Below, piece by piece: positions 1 to 13,518 of a DNA stretch of 64,000 nucleotides (position 1 is its first letter; every line of letters starts with the position of its first letter). Position numbers and translations under genes: made by a program. The notes below the pieces were generated by a model. That model worked only from the letters and a program-made list of their open reading frames with translations. It did no database searches and was not told the origin of the DNA. Origin of the DNA: Octopus vulgaris (taxonomy: Eukaryota); assembly GCA_951406725.2 (NCBI GenBank), contig OX597820.1:104408001-104472000 (forward strand), read 5' to 3'.

Positions 1-43
1 TGCCGTAAAAAATGACAGCTAATTGTAGTATTTTATATATAAA

Positions 44-66
44 CTAGCACTATGACCCGGCAACGT
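44..66 (-). mobile_element. Probable Helitron 3' terminus (partial hairpin + CTAG)
   Basis: Minus strand reads CGTTGCCGGGTCATAGTGCTAG|T; resembles the hairpin+CTAG end at 57671-57697, but only half of the hairpin survives. Confidence 0.4.
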
Positions 67-740
67 ATGCATATACAGCTGCGTGCGTGCACACATACAC
101 GCGAGTACTGTCCAAATCTCCGACCAATCATATACAGCTAGCTGGCATTCAACTGGCGTATCAAGTTTCGGGCATTTTGATTGGGTTTTTGGATAGAAAA
201 TTCACAAAAATGTCACTTCTATTGATTTTTTTAATGGCTTTGCGGGGTGACTGGGGAAATGTAAAGATGTGCTCGACCACCCTTGGACGGTTTTGAATGA
301 CCATAGAAAGTGCGAGCCCTCTAACTGAAAAATTGTGGATTTGTATAAAGGACACGCACGCAGACATTTTGCTGTTTATATAGAGAGAGATAAGGTACAA
401 ACCCAAGTTTTTAGTTTAATAATTCTTTTATTACCAAATTTTTTGTGAAAAAATCTATCCGCAACTAACATCCCTTGACTGCTTGTTTCCTTAAAAACAA
501 AATTTAGTTTTCCTTCCTTCTTGTACGAATGAAGACCACATAAAGCTGGCAAGTAAATATCAACTTTTTCGAAGCGACGTTTCTTTTCAATTGCGCTCTC
601 CATTACAGAAACCAACCTAAACTCATACGACTTAAAGCCACAAAAAGCAGTCCGAGACTTAAGAGTTGATATTGCAAAAACTCCCTATTTATAATTTATT
701 ACATAAATTTCTTAATATAAATAAATTAGATACATATATG

Positions 741-1274
741 AACTGTTAAATGTGTATTTATGACATAACGTTTCAACCGCAGTCGTTATATTTTCTTGAT
801 ACACTCAAGCAATTAAGTATTTTCTATAATGAGTTTGTATATGTATATATTTATGTATATGTGTGTGATTGTAATAATTATTTTAACGAAACAGTGAGAA
901 TATGGATGATAAATCAAATTAATACACTTCTCAATGTTATTTAGTGGTTGTATTTTGAGATGTGACATCGATCATCGTTAATTACTGAAAGAACACCATA
1001 ATAAAATAAATTAAGGACATGTATAAACTGTTAAATTAAGATGTGTATTTATAATATACTTTTCAATTGCAGTCGTTTTATATTCTTGATACACTCAGGC
1101 AATAATTATTTTCTCTAATGAAATTGTATATGTTTGTGTGGGTGTGTGTGATTGTAATAATTATTTGTAACAAAACAGAATAGGGATGGTAAATCAAATT
1201 AATACACTTGTCAATGTTACCTAGTGGTTGTCCGTTGAGATGTGACATCAATCATCGTTAATTACTGAAAGAAC
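741..1274. repeat. Diverged tandem duplication, ~285 bp unit x2
   Basis: Both units start aactgttaaat (741, ~1027) and end atcatcgttaattactgaaagaac (~993, ~1274), with alignable interiors. Confidence 0.85.
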
Positions 1275-1685
1275 GTTGGTTCTCACATACAACCTTTCAC
1301 ATACTTTCCTTGTACACGCACACACATACATATACTCACACAGAGTTGAAACGCTGTTTGATTTTTTTCACCGAGGAATTCCCATTATTCCACTACCAGT
1401 TCGCCATCGCTCCTTCCTTCTTTCCTTCCTTCCTTCCTTCCTTCCTTATTCATCTATTCCTTTCTCATTCATATGAGGTGACAGACGAAGACACAAGAAT
1501 ATTGTTATAGTAGATATCCTAGTATTACATTTTATTTCTCTTGGTGCAATTATTTCTAATTAGCTATTTAGTGCTTCCACTACCATATTAATTAATTCGT
1601 ATAATTATTCATTAAAATATACAGTATGTTCACACGTCACGTCTAACTAGCTTCAGTTCATGGTCTAGCGTGCGCAGGGGAATGA

Positions 1686-1719
<34 letters not shown>

Positions 1720-2224
1720 AAGAAAGAAAGAAAGAAAGACAGAAAGAAAGAAAGAAAAAGGGAAGAGAGAAAAATAGCGAGAGAATATTTATATTCTGTA
1801 GTTTCAAATTATCTCTTTATTTGTTTTTATATCTCACTGTTATTGGGAACTGAAAAAGTACCTATATCCCAGTACCTAAAAACAATAAAGGAACTAATAA
1901 TAAGAATATACAACAAATTAAAAAGAAGATATTACGAAACGGGACAAGGTCGCATATTAATTAAGATTTGCTTGAAAAGATGACAGTATCTCGTGCAATA
2001 TTCATCACGTTCTACTGAGCTAATCTACTAACAGTAATTTCTTACATAACAAGGTCAGCTATTTTTGGCGGGGAAGGAGAGGCAGTTGATTGTATCGATA
2101 CCTGTGCTTGATTGGTACTTTATTTGGTCGACCCTGCTAAATTGAAACATGGCGTGAAAAGCCGAAATAAATATCATATGACATTTTAACCGCCAATCTA
2201 TCGCCTTAGTCAGTTTATGAATAT

Positions 2225-2880
2225 TTCTTTCTACAACAAGCATAAGGCGTGAATCATTTTGGAGGAGGGGGAGGAGCTTGGCGATTTCATCGACCCCCCC
2301 CCCCCCAGGAACAGCTGGAACATATTTTACCGACCTCGAAAGAATGAGAGGCAAAGTTAACCTCGGCAGAAATCGAACTCAGAACATCAAGTGCCGGAAG
2401 AAATACCACTGAGCATTTTACCCGACGCGGTTGCGTTTCTACCAGGTCGATGCCTTAGTCAGTTTAGTAATAATCCTTACTACTACAGGCACAAGGCCTG
2501 GAATTTAAAGGAAGGGGATAGTCGATTACATCGACCGCTGTACACATCTGGTACTTATTTTATCGACCCCGAAAGGATGAAAGGTAAAGTCGACCTCGGC
2601 GGAATTTGAACTCAGAGCGAAAAATATCGCTAAATATTTTGACCAGTGCGGTAACGATTCTACCAGCTTGTCGCCTTAGTCAATTTATTCTTTTCTACTC
2701 TAGGCACATGGTCCGAAATGTTTGTGGAGGGGCTAGTCGATTAGATCGATCCCAGTACGCAGCTGGTACTTAATTTATCGACTCTGAAAGGATGAAAGGC
2801 AAAGTCGACCTTGGGGGAATTTGAACTGAGAACCTAAGCATTTTGACCGGCGAGGTAACGATTCTACCAGTTCGCCGCTT
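2225..2880 (-). mobile_element. Cluster of three decayed tRNA-derived SINEs (family A)
   Basis: Repeated reverse complement of the family A core GAGGTCGACTTTGCCTTTCATCCTTTCGGGGTCGATAAA..GTACCAG; each copy is followed by gccttagtcartt. Confidence 0.85.
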
Positions 2881-3167
2881 TAGTCAATTTATTAATAATG
2901 TAATGATTTAGCTTATGCAATTTAAGTGGTTGAACGTTTGTTTGTGGGCGTAAGGCAATAAAAGTGATTTTATGTTCACCTAGAGCAACTTGCTTTATTT
3001 TTTAAAATAACCCAAACCCTCACAAGAGTATTCTATTTGTTGCACTTCACTCACTTGAATGGAATTTTGGATAAAGGATTGATTACGAATTGCGCGCGCG
3101 CGCGCACACACACACACACACACACGTTTATGTATGTTTTTGTATGTTTATGTATACATATATATAT

Positions 3168-3329
3168 AGGCGCAACATAGCTGTGGTAAGAAGCTTGCTT
3201 TCCAACCCCGCAGTTCTTGGTCCTGTCCCGCTGCGTGGCACCTTGGGAAAATGTCTTCTACTATAGCCTTGGGCCGACGAAAGCCTTGTGAGTGGATTTG
3301 GTGGATGAAAACTGAAAGACATTCGTTGC

Positions 3330-3330
<1 letters not shown>
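3168..3330 (+). mobile_element. CORE-type tRNA-derived SINE (family C, OR2-like), 5' part
   Basis: tRNA-like head, then GGCACCTTGGG..TGTCTTCTACTATAGCC..GTGAGTGGATTTGG; the family recurs several times in the window. Confidence 0.8.
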
Positions 3331-3394
<64 letters not shown>

Positions 3395-3499
3395 TATATA
3401 CATACATACATACATACATGCATGCATGCGTGCGTGCGTGTGTGTGTGTGTGTGTGTGTCGTCTGCAGTGGGAACAGGGACAGTTTTCTCTATGAAGCC

Positions 3500-3625
3500 T
3501 TATTTTAGTCTATTCACTGATACAGTGTCTTTACGACCAATAAGGTCTATAGTGAAAAATTTATCCGTGCGTGAAAGAAAACGGTAAGGACCTTCATACG
3601 GTGCCGTTAACAAAAATGTGAGTTC
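3500..3625 (-). pseudogene. Gypsy-type LTR retrotransposon integrase C-terminal (GPY/F) fragment
   Basis: Translation LTAPYEGPYRFLSRTDKFFTIDLIGRKDTVSVNRLK fits the PY.GPY...TVS.DRLK motif of Ty3/Gypsy integrase tails. Confidence 0.75.
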
Positions 3626-3949
3626 AAGTAGTAAAGCTTCCTTCAAGACAGAGCTAGAAATGCAATTGTCAAATAGGTAAAAGGTTTTAAACAGGAGCGA
3701 TATATTCAAAATGGGTAAAACTAAAAATTGTCGAGGATAAATTGAATTTATTATTGTTACTGAATATGTTAGTGTTATTTAATTTCTGAACGGTTTTGCT
3801 GCCGTTTGTTTATGTAGTTTGTTTTCTTTATCCATCAGTTTCTACTAAGATAGAGACGCGAGTAAAATTAATAATAGAGAAACAAAAATAAAACTTTGGA
3901 AGCAGCAACGCCGCCATAACTTACGTGGAAACCATGAGCGTGCTTTTCA

Positions 3950-4220
3950 AGGGAGATAATCAGAGAAAGCATTGAAAGTGAACGTAAGATTGTAATACTT
4001 CATATAAAGTAAAGTAAATATAACAAATAATCTAGAATCCTTCTCCTGTACCGGATCGATCCCCAAATCTAATCAGTTCATGCCAGTCACGAGGCCAAAT
4101 GTTCCTCAATGTTTCATCCGAATCCATCCAGCGGTTCTTGAGATATCTTGTCCACGGACACACAAACAAACAAACACAACTGAAAACAATACCTCCACCT
4201 TCGCTAAGGCGAAAGTAATA
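3950..4220 (+). mobile_element. Non-autonomous rolling-circle-type (Helentron/HINE-like) element, 3' part
   Basis: Ends with a short (ACAA)n tract then AAAACAATACCTCCACCTTCGCTAAGGCGAAAGTAA, an imperfect terminal hairpin typical of such elements. Class assignment is inferred. Confidence 0.4.
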
Positions 4221-4333
4221 AGTACAGGGATCGATTCATTTGAATAAAATTGTTGAAGGCGGTTTTCCAGCATGGCCTGTCTAATGACTGAAACAAATAA
4301 AGGATAAAAGATATATAAATATATATGCCTGTG

Positions 4334-4410
<77 letters not shown>

Positions 4411-5570
4411 GCATGCATGTACGTGTGTGTGTGTGTGTGTGAAAGAGAAAAAGAGAACAAGAGAAAAAGTGAGAGAGTATTACACAAAGTATAATTTACA
4501 AATTCTATAGTTCCAAATTGCTTCTTTCTTGTTGTATCTGACTGTTATTGGGAACTGAAAATATACCTATATTTCAGTCCTGAGAAACAACAAAAAGAAC
4601 TAACTATAAGAATATACAACAAATTAAAAACAAGATATTAAAAACGGGACAAGGTCGCATATTAATTAAGATTTGCTTGAAAAGATGACAGTATCTCGTT
4701 CTACTGAACCAATCTATAAATAAAAATTTCTTACATTACCACAAGGTCAGGTATTTTGGAGGGGAACAGGAAGTAGTTGATTGTATCGACACCAGCACTT
4801 GATTGGTACTTTATTTTGCTGGTCCTGCTTGATTGAATTGTAATGTCGAAACAAATATAACAATGTTTTGTGATATTTGTTTCAATTCTTTCTACATACC
4901 GAGTTCAAATCATACTAAATTTGACATCACCTGTGAATCTGACAGGGCCTACCAAATAAAGCACTAAGTACTGGTGCCGATACAATCAACTACTTCCTTC
5001 GACCCGCCAAAAATATCTGCCCTTGTGATTATGTAAGAAACTATTATTTATATTGGCTCAGTAGAACGTGAACATATTTCACGAGGCACAGCCATCTGTT
5101 CAAGCAAATCTTAATAAATATGCAGCCTTGTCCCGTTTTTGCATTATCTTGTTTTTAATTTGTCATATATTCATATTAATAGTCCCTTTGTTGTTTATTC
5201 TGCTAGTCTATCTCCCTTAGTCAATATCTTGATAATTCTTTCTAATTTTGTCACAAGGTTTAAAATCTTAGGTGGGAGGTTTCTTGTCAATTACATTAGC
5301 CTCGTTACTTGACTGGTATCGACTGAAATTGAACTTAGAACGTAAGGAACCGAAAGAAATGTCGGAAAGCATTTTGCTTGATGCGGTAATGATTCTGCCA
5401 ATCTATGACCATTAGTCAATTTGTTAATAGCGATTTAATTTATACACTTTATGTGGTTAACCTTTTATCTGTAAACGTTGATCACCAAATACCATTGTTA
5501 TGCTCACCGATAGCAACCCACTTTATTTTTAAGAAATAACCATTTCCGAGCGCTTTCAGGAGTATTTCCT

Positions 5571-5790
5571 ATTTCTTTACTACCCACAGAGAGGACAAAC
5601 AAGGACAGACAAACGGATTAAGTCGATTATATCGAGCCCAGTGCGTAACTGGTACTTAATTTATCGACCCCGAAAGGATGAAAGGCAAAGTCGGCCACGG
5701 CGGAATTTGAACTCAGAACGTAACGGCAGACGAAATACGGCTACGCATTTCGCCCGGCGTGCTAACGATTCTGCCAGCTCGCCGCCTTTG
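5571..5790 (-). mobile_element. SINE family A, near full length
   Basis: Head GGCGGCGAGCTGGCAGAATCGTTAGC, B-box GAGTTCAAATTCC, core and tail; flanked by an 18-bp TSD ctttcaggaRtatttcct (5553-5570 / 5797-5814). Confidence 0.9.
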
Positions 5791-6098
5791 TTATTCCTTT
5801 CAGGAATATTTCCTTTGTTGTTCTTCTGTCACTTGAATAAAATTTTGGATTTTAGAGGTTTCAGAATTTGGTATAAAGAATTAGTTGTGAACTGCATGCA
5901 CACATATATTTATATATGAATATATATGAATATATATGAATATATATATGTCTGTGTGTGTGTGTGTGTCTTAAAAGAACACCCAACGTTGATCGGAAAT
6001 AATACATGTACTTGGTGGTTAATTCGTTGAGCGACACTCATCGTAAGATTGCATAAAATTATTATTTTGAATAATGTATGTACATATATATTCTAAGC

Positions 6099-6307
6099 CA
6101 GCGTTTTTCAGACTGTGGGTCCCGACCCTTCAGTGGATCGTGAGATCAATAAAATGGATCGCGACAAAAAAGAAGGAAAGAAAAAAAAACTCAAATGGCT
6201 GCAAAGTGCAGAATATAAACCAGCGTTTTTCAAACTGTGGGTCCCGACTCTTCAGTGGGTGCTAGATAGATAACATGGGACGCGACAAAAATGTTTGGAA
6301 AACACTG
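6099..6307. mobile_element. hAT/Charlie-like MITE
   Basis: TIRs CAGCGTTTTTCA...TGGAAAACACTG; 8-bp TSD ttctaagc/ttctaaac; internal duplication of the left end at ~6221. Confidence 0.75.
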
Positions 6308-6439
6308 TTCTAAACTGTCTGTTGTTCATTTCTATTGAAAGGGAGATAATCACTTCGTCGGGAGTCAATTTTATATTTTGTTTTATTTTATTGTTTCCGT
6401 TGGTAAAGTAAATTTAAGTGTAATGGAGTGAAGTTTATC

Positions 6440-8252
6440 GGTGTTAGGACAATTCTTCCCCGGCTATTTCGTCGTCGGTTAATTTGTCCCCAGTGGTCAA
6501 TTCGTTGTTGATCAATTCTTCGCTGACCAATTCGTCTCAAAATACTCTTAAATGTGATTTTCGAGGGAAAGTTGAGAACAATCACTTTAGAATTAAAATT
6601 GTCATTGCACAGTTTTAGATATTTTTCCTTTCTTTAACCTCCAACTCTCTCTCCCTTAAGTATCTGCACTGAACAGTTTACGAACAAAGATTTTCAAGCA
6701 AATCTGATTAAATTTATTCAATACCCATTAGCATGACTAGCTGCAAGATCATAACTTCAGAGAAAAGAAAAAAATTAAAAAATAAGCAGGATGCAGATGG
6801 ATTGACGATATACTGGAGCTACGAAAATCGTGTGTACAAGGCAAGATTTCATACAGATGAAAATTATACAGAGCTTAAGAAGACAGGGATCCATAATCAT
6901 GCTTCAACTGCTGCAGAGGTAAATACAAGTTTCAAATATCAAAGTAACGTCTATTTCATCTCGTAATGCCCCTCGCTCAATTATTGCAGTGAAGTCCAGA
7001 ATTTAAACGACTGTACATTGTCGCAAATACCCCCGTTTGCACAGCTTAATAGGAATATTAGACGTTAGAGGCAAACTGATTCCAACTATCTTGCCACCCC
7101 ACTTACAAATGTTGGGTTTTCCATTCCAAGTGAATATTTCTAACTTGACAATGATGAAATATTTTTACAGTATGACAGCGGGATGGAATATTCAAAACGA
7201 ATACTATTTGCAAGCGACGAAGCACTTTAACAGTTAAAACAGCACAAGAAATGGGCGGCAGATGGAACATTTAAGCGCTGCTCAAGTATATTTTTTCAGT
7301 TATATATACTTCACATACAAAATGACAATTTTAATGCCTCACGATTGTTCGCATTCTTCTCTCACAGAAGTCAAGACACATATAGTAGACTTTTTACCAA
7401 AATAAATTAATTACTGCAGAATGAGGGCTCTGATAATATAATTATTGATTTCGAAAAGTTATCCCATGACGGACTTCTGGAATCGTTTCCTGGGTCAAAT
7501 TTGGCACGCCGCTTGTTTCATTTAAGACAAAATGTGTAAAAGCATGACAGTTTTAGTCTAAAAATGCGGTTTTTTGTTGCCCTTGCCTTCCTGTCGGTTG
7601 ATGATGTTGTAGATGGATCTAAACAACTTGTAGATGATGATGATATTCCATAGTCAATTGTATCTTATTTTGAAAATAACTATATAAGACGACCTAGAGG
7701 AAGAGGACGGAGGAGGCGATGTCTTGAACCTCCATTTCCATAATTTCTATGGAATGTTTAGGATCAATGTATGACGGGGATTGTTCGTATTAGGAATAGT
7801 TTAGAAGCCTACCACAGCGCGCTGAAAAACACAGTGAATATTAGTCATCCAAATATTTGGTAACTTATTGATGTGATTAAATGTGAGGAAAGGTTTGCCT
7901 GTACCAAATTGAAGAAGTTTATGTAAGGAGAAGAACCAAGCCAAAAGAAAAAAAAAGAAAAAAAAAAGAGAGATATGAACCTGCGTATAAAAAATGTCAT
8001 GGAAAGCTATGATCCAAGCCAAAAAATTATCTTTCTGAAAACAATTGCACACAATCTTAAACTTTAAGAAAAAATAAATATGTAATACAACAAACCTTAA
8101 AATAAACGTGTTTTAGTTCAGATATTCGTTCTTCCATTTTTTCTATGATCTTGACGAAGTAACTGACGATGAATTGACCTGGAGACGAATTGACTGACGA
8201 CAAATTAAACGACGACAAATTGCCGTCGATCTCGACGAATTGACAGGACATC
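6440..8252 (+). mobile_element. Mutator-like (MULE) DNA transposon with decayed FLYWCH-MULE transposase
   Basis: ~100-bp imperfect TIRs built of caattcgtc-like subrepeats; 9-bp TSD aagtttatc/aagtatatc. Interrupted frames give YWS..HNH, WAADGTFK, FFQLYILH, IIDFEK, LFHLRQ, ALAFL, LEAYHSALK, HPNIW. Confidence 0.9.
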
Positions 8253-8722
8253 AAGTATATCATACATAATCTTTATTTAACTCTTAGCGTTCTGTTAAAA
8301 AATTTCGAAATAAAAATCTCAGTCCTGTAATGATTCTATTACAGAAATGAATGATAGAAATTATTAGAGTCTTTTCATTACATCAGAGAGTTTCTCACAT
8401 GCTTCAAAATACATGTAAACAAAGTTAGTGCTATTCTTGTGATATCGTGCGTTTTAGGAGTGCCGGATTGTTGCTGTCTCCTTGGTATTATGTCTTACAG
8501 GAAGTTATGAGTTAATTCAGTTTTCTATTTCATTTTTCCCTTTCAGTTCAGTTATGATCCCCATTACAAATATACACGTTCCTCTTTTACTTCTTAAAGT
8601 ATTAATCGCGCTCCACTAGTCTACCGTAAAGGAAATAACACAATGTCATTCTAACTACGAGAATCCGGTCAATTTATTTTAAATATATCCACAATATTTA
8701 TATGCATGTCTGTCTGTCGCGC

Positions 8723-8768
<46 letters not shown>

Positions 8769-8832
8769 AACGAAACCGGTATTGAAATGTTCTTTATAAA
8801 ATTATTTTAGCATTTTCTATTTTGACTTCTTT

Positions 8833-8866
<34 letters not shown>

Positions 8867-8871
<5 letters not shown>

Positions 8872-9145
8872 AGATAAGAAAATGGAGAAATACATCTAAA
8901 TCAAATATCAATTACCAGATAATACTCAATCACATACTTTATTAAACCACCACATAAGAGACTGTAGGGTTAAATATAAAAAGCAGAACAAATCAGTGTA
9001 CATTGCTTTATGTACATAATTTGTTCTGCTTTTTATATTTAACCCTACAGTCTCTTATGTGGTGGTTTAATAAAGTATGTGATTGAGTATTTTCTGGTAA
9101 TTGATATTTGATTTAGATGTATTTCTCCATTTTCTTATCTTGTAT
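8867..9145. repeat. Near-perfect long inverted repeat (127-bp arms) abutting (TA)n
   Basis: 8867-8993 is the reverse complement of 9019-9145 with one mismatch seen; 25-bp spacer. Confidence 0.95.
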
Positions 9146-9314
9146 TAGTAATTTGTGGTAAATCATTTTACCTTTGCCCATATAATACAGTAAATGAATT
9201 GATTGCATCGCAATCATTAACATTTATGTATTAACTTTGTTGTGTACTTCACTAGAAGTATATTGGATATATGTTATCCCATGGAGGGTTGCATTTACAA
9301 CCCCTATCTCAATT

Positions 9315-9355
<41 letters not shown>

Positions 9356-9382
9356 ATGTATATATATATGTGTATATGTATA

Positions 9383-9455
<73 letters not shown>

Positions 9456-9659
9456 ATATATATATATATGTATATGTATACATAAAATATATATTATATA
9501 TATATATAAGTATGCATCTATGTATGTATGCATCTGTCTATGTATGTGTGTGTGTGTATACACACAAACCTATACATACTTACCTTCATTTGTTTCAGTC
9601 GTAGAATGTGGCCATGTTGAGGCACCACCATTTGTATGATTATTTGTTTATTTCATTTT

Positions 9660-10003
9660 ATTTCCGCGGTTCTCTCTTTGTTTGGTTTTAATGAACGGAG
9701 AAGTTGGACAACGCCGCCTTCCTTTGCATCTGTTGATATAATGTGGGTTCATCTGATATCTAACATATAAAAAAAAATTGTCTGTGTTCTTAAAACAACC
9801 ACCTCTACGCCATGCAGATCTCTGAAGTTGTTTTGGCAATGTATTAAAAAAGCTGCCAACCACTGAAAACTAAGCGGTTGGGGAAATGAGTTCTTACTCC
9901 AGATGAAAAGGGTGGGAACTTTGGGACCATGCAGTGGTATCCAGTTCTCTGATTGGTACAGCTTTCAATCCCAAAATTCGGCAGTAGACGCTCGAGGAGT
10001 CTT

Positions 10004-10005
<2 letters not shown>
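9660..10005 (-). pseudogene. CR1-group LINE ORF2 3' fragment
   Basis: Frameshifted GIESCTNQRTGYHCMVPK..GWQLFNTLPKQL resembles CR1/L2-group C-termini; a related piece RRRERYAVISVWKILEG lies at 62135-62245. Confidence 0.6.
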
Positions 10006-10048
<43 letters not shown>

Positions 10049-10144
10049 TACATACATAATACATACATACATACATACATACATGCATGCATACATACAT
10101 ACATACATACATACATACATACATACCTACATACATACATACAT

Positions 10145-12550
10145 GGTGATTGTCTACTCTTTATGAAGAGTCTGATCTCCTCTAGTACCTACACCTCAGA
10201 TCCATCATGGCGTCTGATGTGGCTTTTTAAACCAGACAATGTATTGAAAAGACACCCACATAGATTGCATATCTGATTTGGACTACCATGAGCTGCAGTT
10301 AAGTTCTGATCTTTGTGTATTTTAAAATGTCTTTTGAGGCCTCCGTTAGAGTTGCAACCTTATCGTATACACAGCATTGAAATGTGTGCACAGACATATA
10401 GGCAGAATAGTTGATGGAGGTTCGTTTTTCATGGGTCCACAAATGAGATTTGAGCCCAGCAAAATAAAATTAGTCACAAATTATACATAGAAAAAGGTAG
10501 CTGAGATTCACCTTCTCGTTGATAGCAACATTCTTCTTTAAATCTCTCTTGAGTCTTGCATATGTCATCCTGGCCTCCTCGAAAGCTTTCACTCCTCTCC
10601 ACGCTTTCGTTCGCCATCCAACTCGATCCGGAACAAGGGTTTCTATGGCGCTTGGGACCATTCCAAGTGATTTCATTTTAGTCCTTATGCTATTCTTAAA
10701 TCTCTTTTTAGGTTTACACCGATTGCGTTTCCTCTCAGCAAGCTCTCCATGAAACGGCTGTTTGTGTATGCGTTCATCCGCCGTTCGAACTATATGGCCA
10801 GGCCATCTCATTTGATTTTTCATAATCATTAATTTAATTGAAACGATGCCTGCAGACTCACAGTCATCAGCGTCTGGAGTTAAAAAAAGCCCATTTAATG
10901 TTTAAAATGCTGCGAAGGCATTTTTGGTGGAATCGTTCTAACAATTTGAAATGTTTTTCATATCACGTCTGTGTTTTAGAAGAATACAACAGGGATGGTA
11001 AGACAAACGATTTGTAAAGAGCCAATTTTGTATTGTTATTCATATGTCGTTGGCGCCAAACGCGTGACTCGAAACCATCAGATGCTTGGGCTGCCATTTG
11101 AATTCGCAGATGTATTTCTGTGTCCAGATTTCCATCATTTTGTACAGAGGTTCCGAGGTAGATGAAAAAGTGAACAATCTCAAGTAGCTTACCCTTAACG
11201 AAAATTTTAGCGGGTTGCAAACAGCACCACTAGCAGGTTGATGCATTACAGCTAAGTTTTTTTTTTTTTAAATTGATGGTCTAGCCAAAATCATCACAAA
11301 TTGAGTCAAATGCAGATACAAGAGATTTCAGGCCTGTTTCAGAGTGACTGACTAGATCGCAATCGTCAGCGTATAAGAGTCCCCTAATGAGTAAAGTAAA
11401 AAAAAAAAAAACTTTGTTTTGAATTTCAGTCTGATCAGATTAAAAACATTCCCTGTTGTTCGATTTTTTATGTAAATATCTTCCTTGGAGTTTTGAAAAG
11501 CGTGTGACTGCACAACAGCAAAGTATATCGCGAAGAGGGTGGGTGCATCAAGGTCTCCTTCCTTTACTCCATTTTCAAAGCGAAAGATTCAGAAAGCCTG
11601 CCACCAAAATTAACTCTAGCCTTCATATCTTTATGCAAAGTCCTGATCATGTTTGCAAATTTTTCTGGGCAACCTATTTTCCTTAGAATTAGTCACAGAG
11701 CATTTCGATTAACAGTATCGAATGCCTTTCCTGAAATTGTCTGATAGTAAAGATACAATTAACTGTGCCCCAGGAGGAGCGAAAACCACATTGAGACTCA
11801 GACACTATACTTGGGACTATGAAGGTATTTAATCGTTCTAACAGAATGCGGGCAAGTACCTTTCCAACTACAGACAAAGCAAAATCCCACGAAAATTACC
11901 ACAGGGTATCCTTTGGCCCCGATTTATACAAGGAAACTAAAATGGCATCAATACAGTCTTGATGCACTTTCTCAGTTCTCCAACAGTGACGAATTAATAT
12001 ATTTAGGAGTTCAAACATTTTGTCACCGAATATTTCAAAACCTCTGTACAGATTCCATCAGACCCTGAAACCCTATTGTTATTTAGTTTATTCACAGCTA
12101 AATTAATATCATTTAGAGTTGGTTCAAATACCATCTCATCTATAATTGGAAGGTGTTCAATTTTTTCTATCATCGTCATGTTAACGGATGATGGTCTATT
12201 CAAAAGGGCAGAAAAATGTTCTACCTAGCGCTTATGAATAGAAGAAGTGTCAGTCAAAAGTAAATGTCCATTTGCTGGTCTCACTAGAGCTATTGAAGAT
12301 TTCGAGCCATATATCTCCTTAACATAAGAGTACAAAATTCTTGGCATCATTTCTCTCAGCTGCTTCTTGCGCTCCTTTTGCCCTGTCATTTAAGGACTGA
12401 GAAAGAAGTGCATTATATCAGGTCGCTTTTGAGTGCTGTTGGTACCATTTAATCCAGTACAACTATTGTACTGTAGCATGGTCGGGTCGTCGGTGACTAA
12501 ACTGGCAACCCCACCAGGCTTGCTTGGTGAGGAGGGTGATTGTCGGACAT
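10145..12550 (-). mobile_element. Decayed RTE-clade LINE (RT domain plus C-terminal Cys/His region)
   Basis: Interrupted frames SVVGKVLARILLERL, ESQCGFRS, LLYADDCDL, FIYLGT, LPSLLYS, QMRWPGHIVR..KQPFHGEL..KPKKRFK; many stops and frameshifts. Confidence 0.9.
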
Positions 12551-12633
12551 TCATATATACACAAACACACATACATACATACATACATACATACATACAT
12601 ACATACATACATACATACATACACGCGCGCGCA

Positions 12634-12673
<40 letters not shown>

Positions 12674-12689
12674 CGAGTGAGTAGACAAA

Positions 12690-13209
12690 CGAAAGAAAAA
12701 GGGCTCTCATCACATTTTGTAGGAGTTACATTATTATTTCCAGTTTTGATGATGCCGGCCTTCGTATGTTTCAACAATGGCTCCACGGCATTTTTTATAT
12801 ACCACCCGAGGCTGTTTTCCTCTGCTTCGATACAGTTCTGGCAACTTTTTTTTCTGGACAAGTACAGCCTATCGGTCTTCACTCCTGGGGTGGAATTCTC
12901 TGTGCACTGTCAACATTTTTCTGGTCTTGGTATCCATTTTCTTCATTTCTCTCTTTTACCTTTTGATAATTCCCGCTCCATACCGAAGTGATGCTATCGC
13001 CCACGTATGAACTGCTTGGATTTTATTCCATCCAGTCAATTTTAAGCGCAGCACCAACCTTAGTCTTCGGAAATACTCCATCCTCTGTTGCTCTTTCATT
13101 TCCTCTTCTATTATCTCGTTGAACTCTAGTACACCAAAGCATTTGTGTCCTTCCGTTTCAATTTGCTTAATCAAGTCTCTGTACGGTAATTCTATCCCTC
13201 CTAGGGATA

Positions 13210-13210
<1 letters not shown>
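12690..13210 (-). mobile_element. R4/Dong-type non-LTR fragment next to (TAA)n
   Basis: KIQAVHTWAIASLRYGAGII and DRLYLSRKK..EENSLGWY are typical of the post-RT region of R4/Dong RLE elements; the fragment abuts a (TTA)n tract. Confidence 0.75.
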
Positions 13211-13250
<40 letters not shown>

Positions 13251-13296
13251 GTTATTATCATTATTGAGTGAGCGATTATTATCATTATTATCATCA

Positions 13297-13355
<59 letters not shown>

Positions 13356-13363
13356 TAAAATAA

Positions 13364-13518
13364 TTTCATTCGGTTCCATGTGGCTTAAAGTTTCACAGGC
13401 TTATAACAGAAATTTACCTCGTTTAGGGTCAGATTACCGATTCGGTAATCTGAGCTTGAAGGAGATAGGTTTCTTTTAGAATCCTACGGAACTTTACGTC
13501 CCATGGAGCCGAATGAAA
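13364..13518. repeat. Fold-back palindrome (~155 bp)
   Basis: tttcattcggttccatg...catggagccgaatgaaa outer arms; central hairpin tcagattaccga-t-tcggtaatctga. Confidence 0.85.

Noticed and set aside
376-615. 79-aa non-repetitive ORF on the minus strand
   Set aside because: No recognisable domain or splice support; may be transposon-internal sequence.
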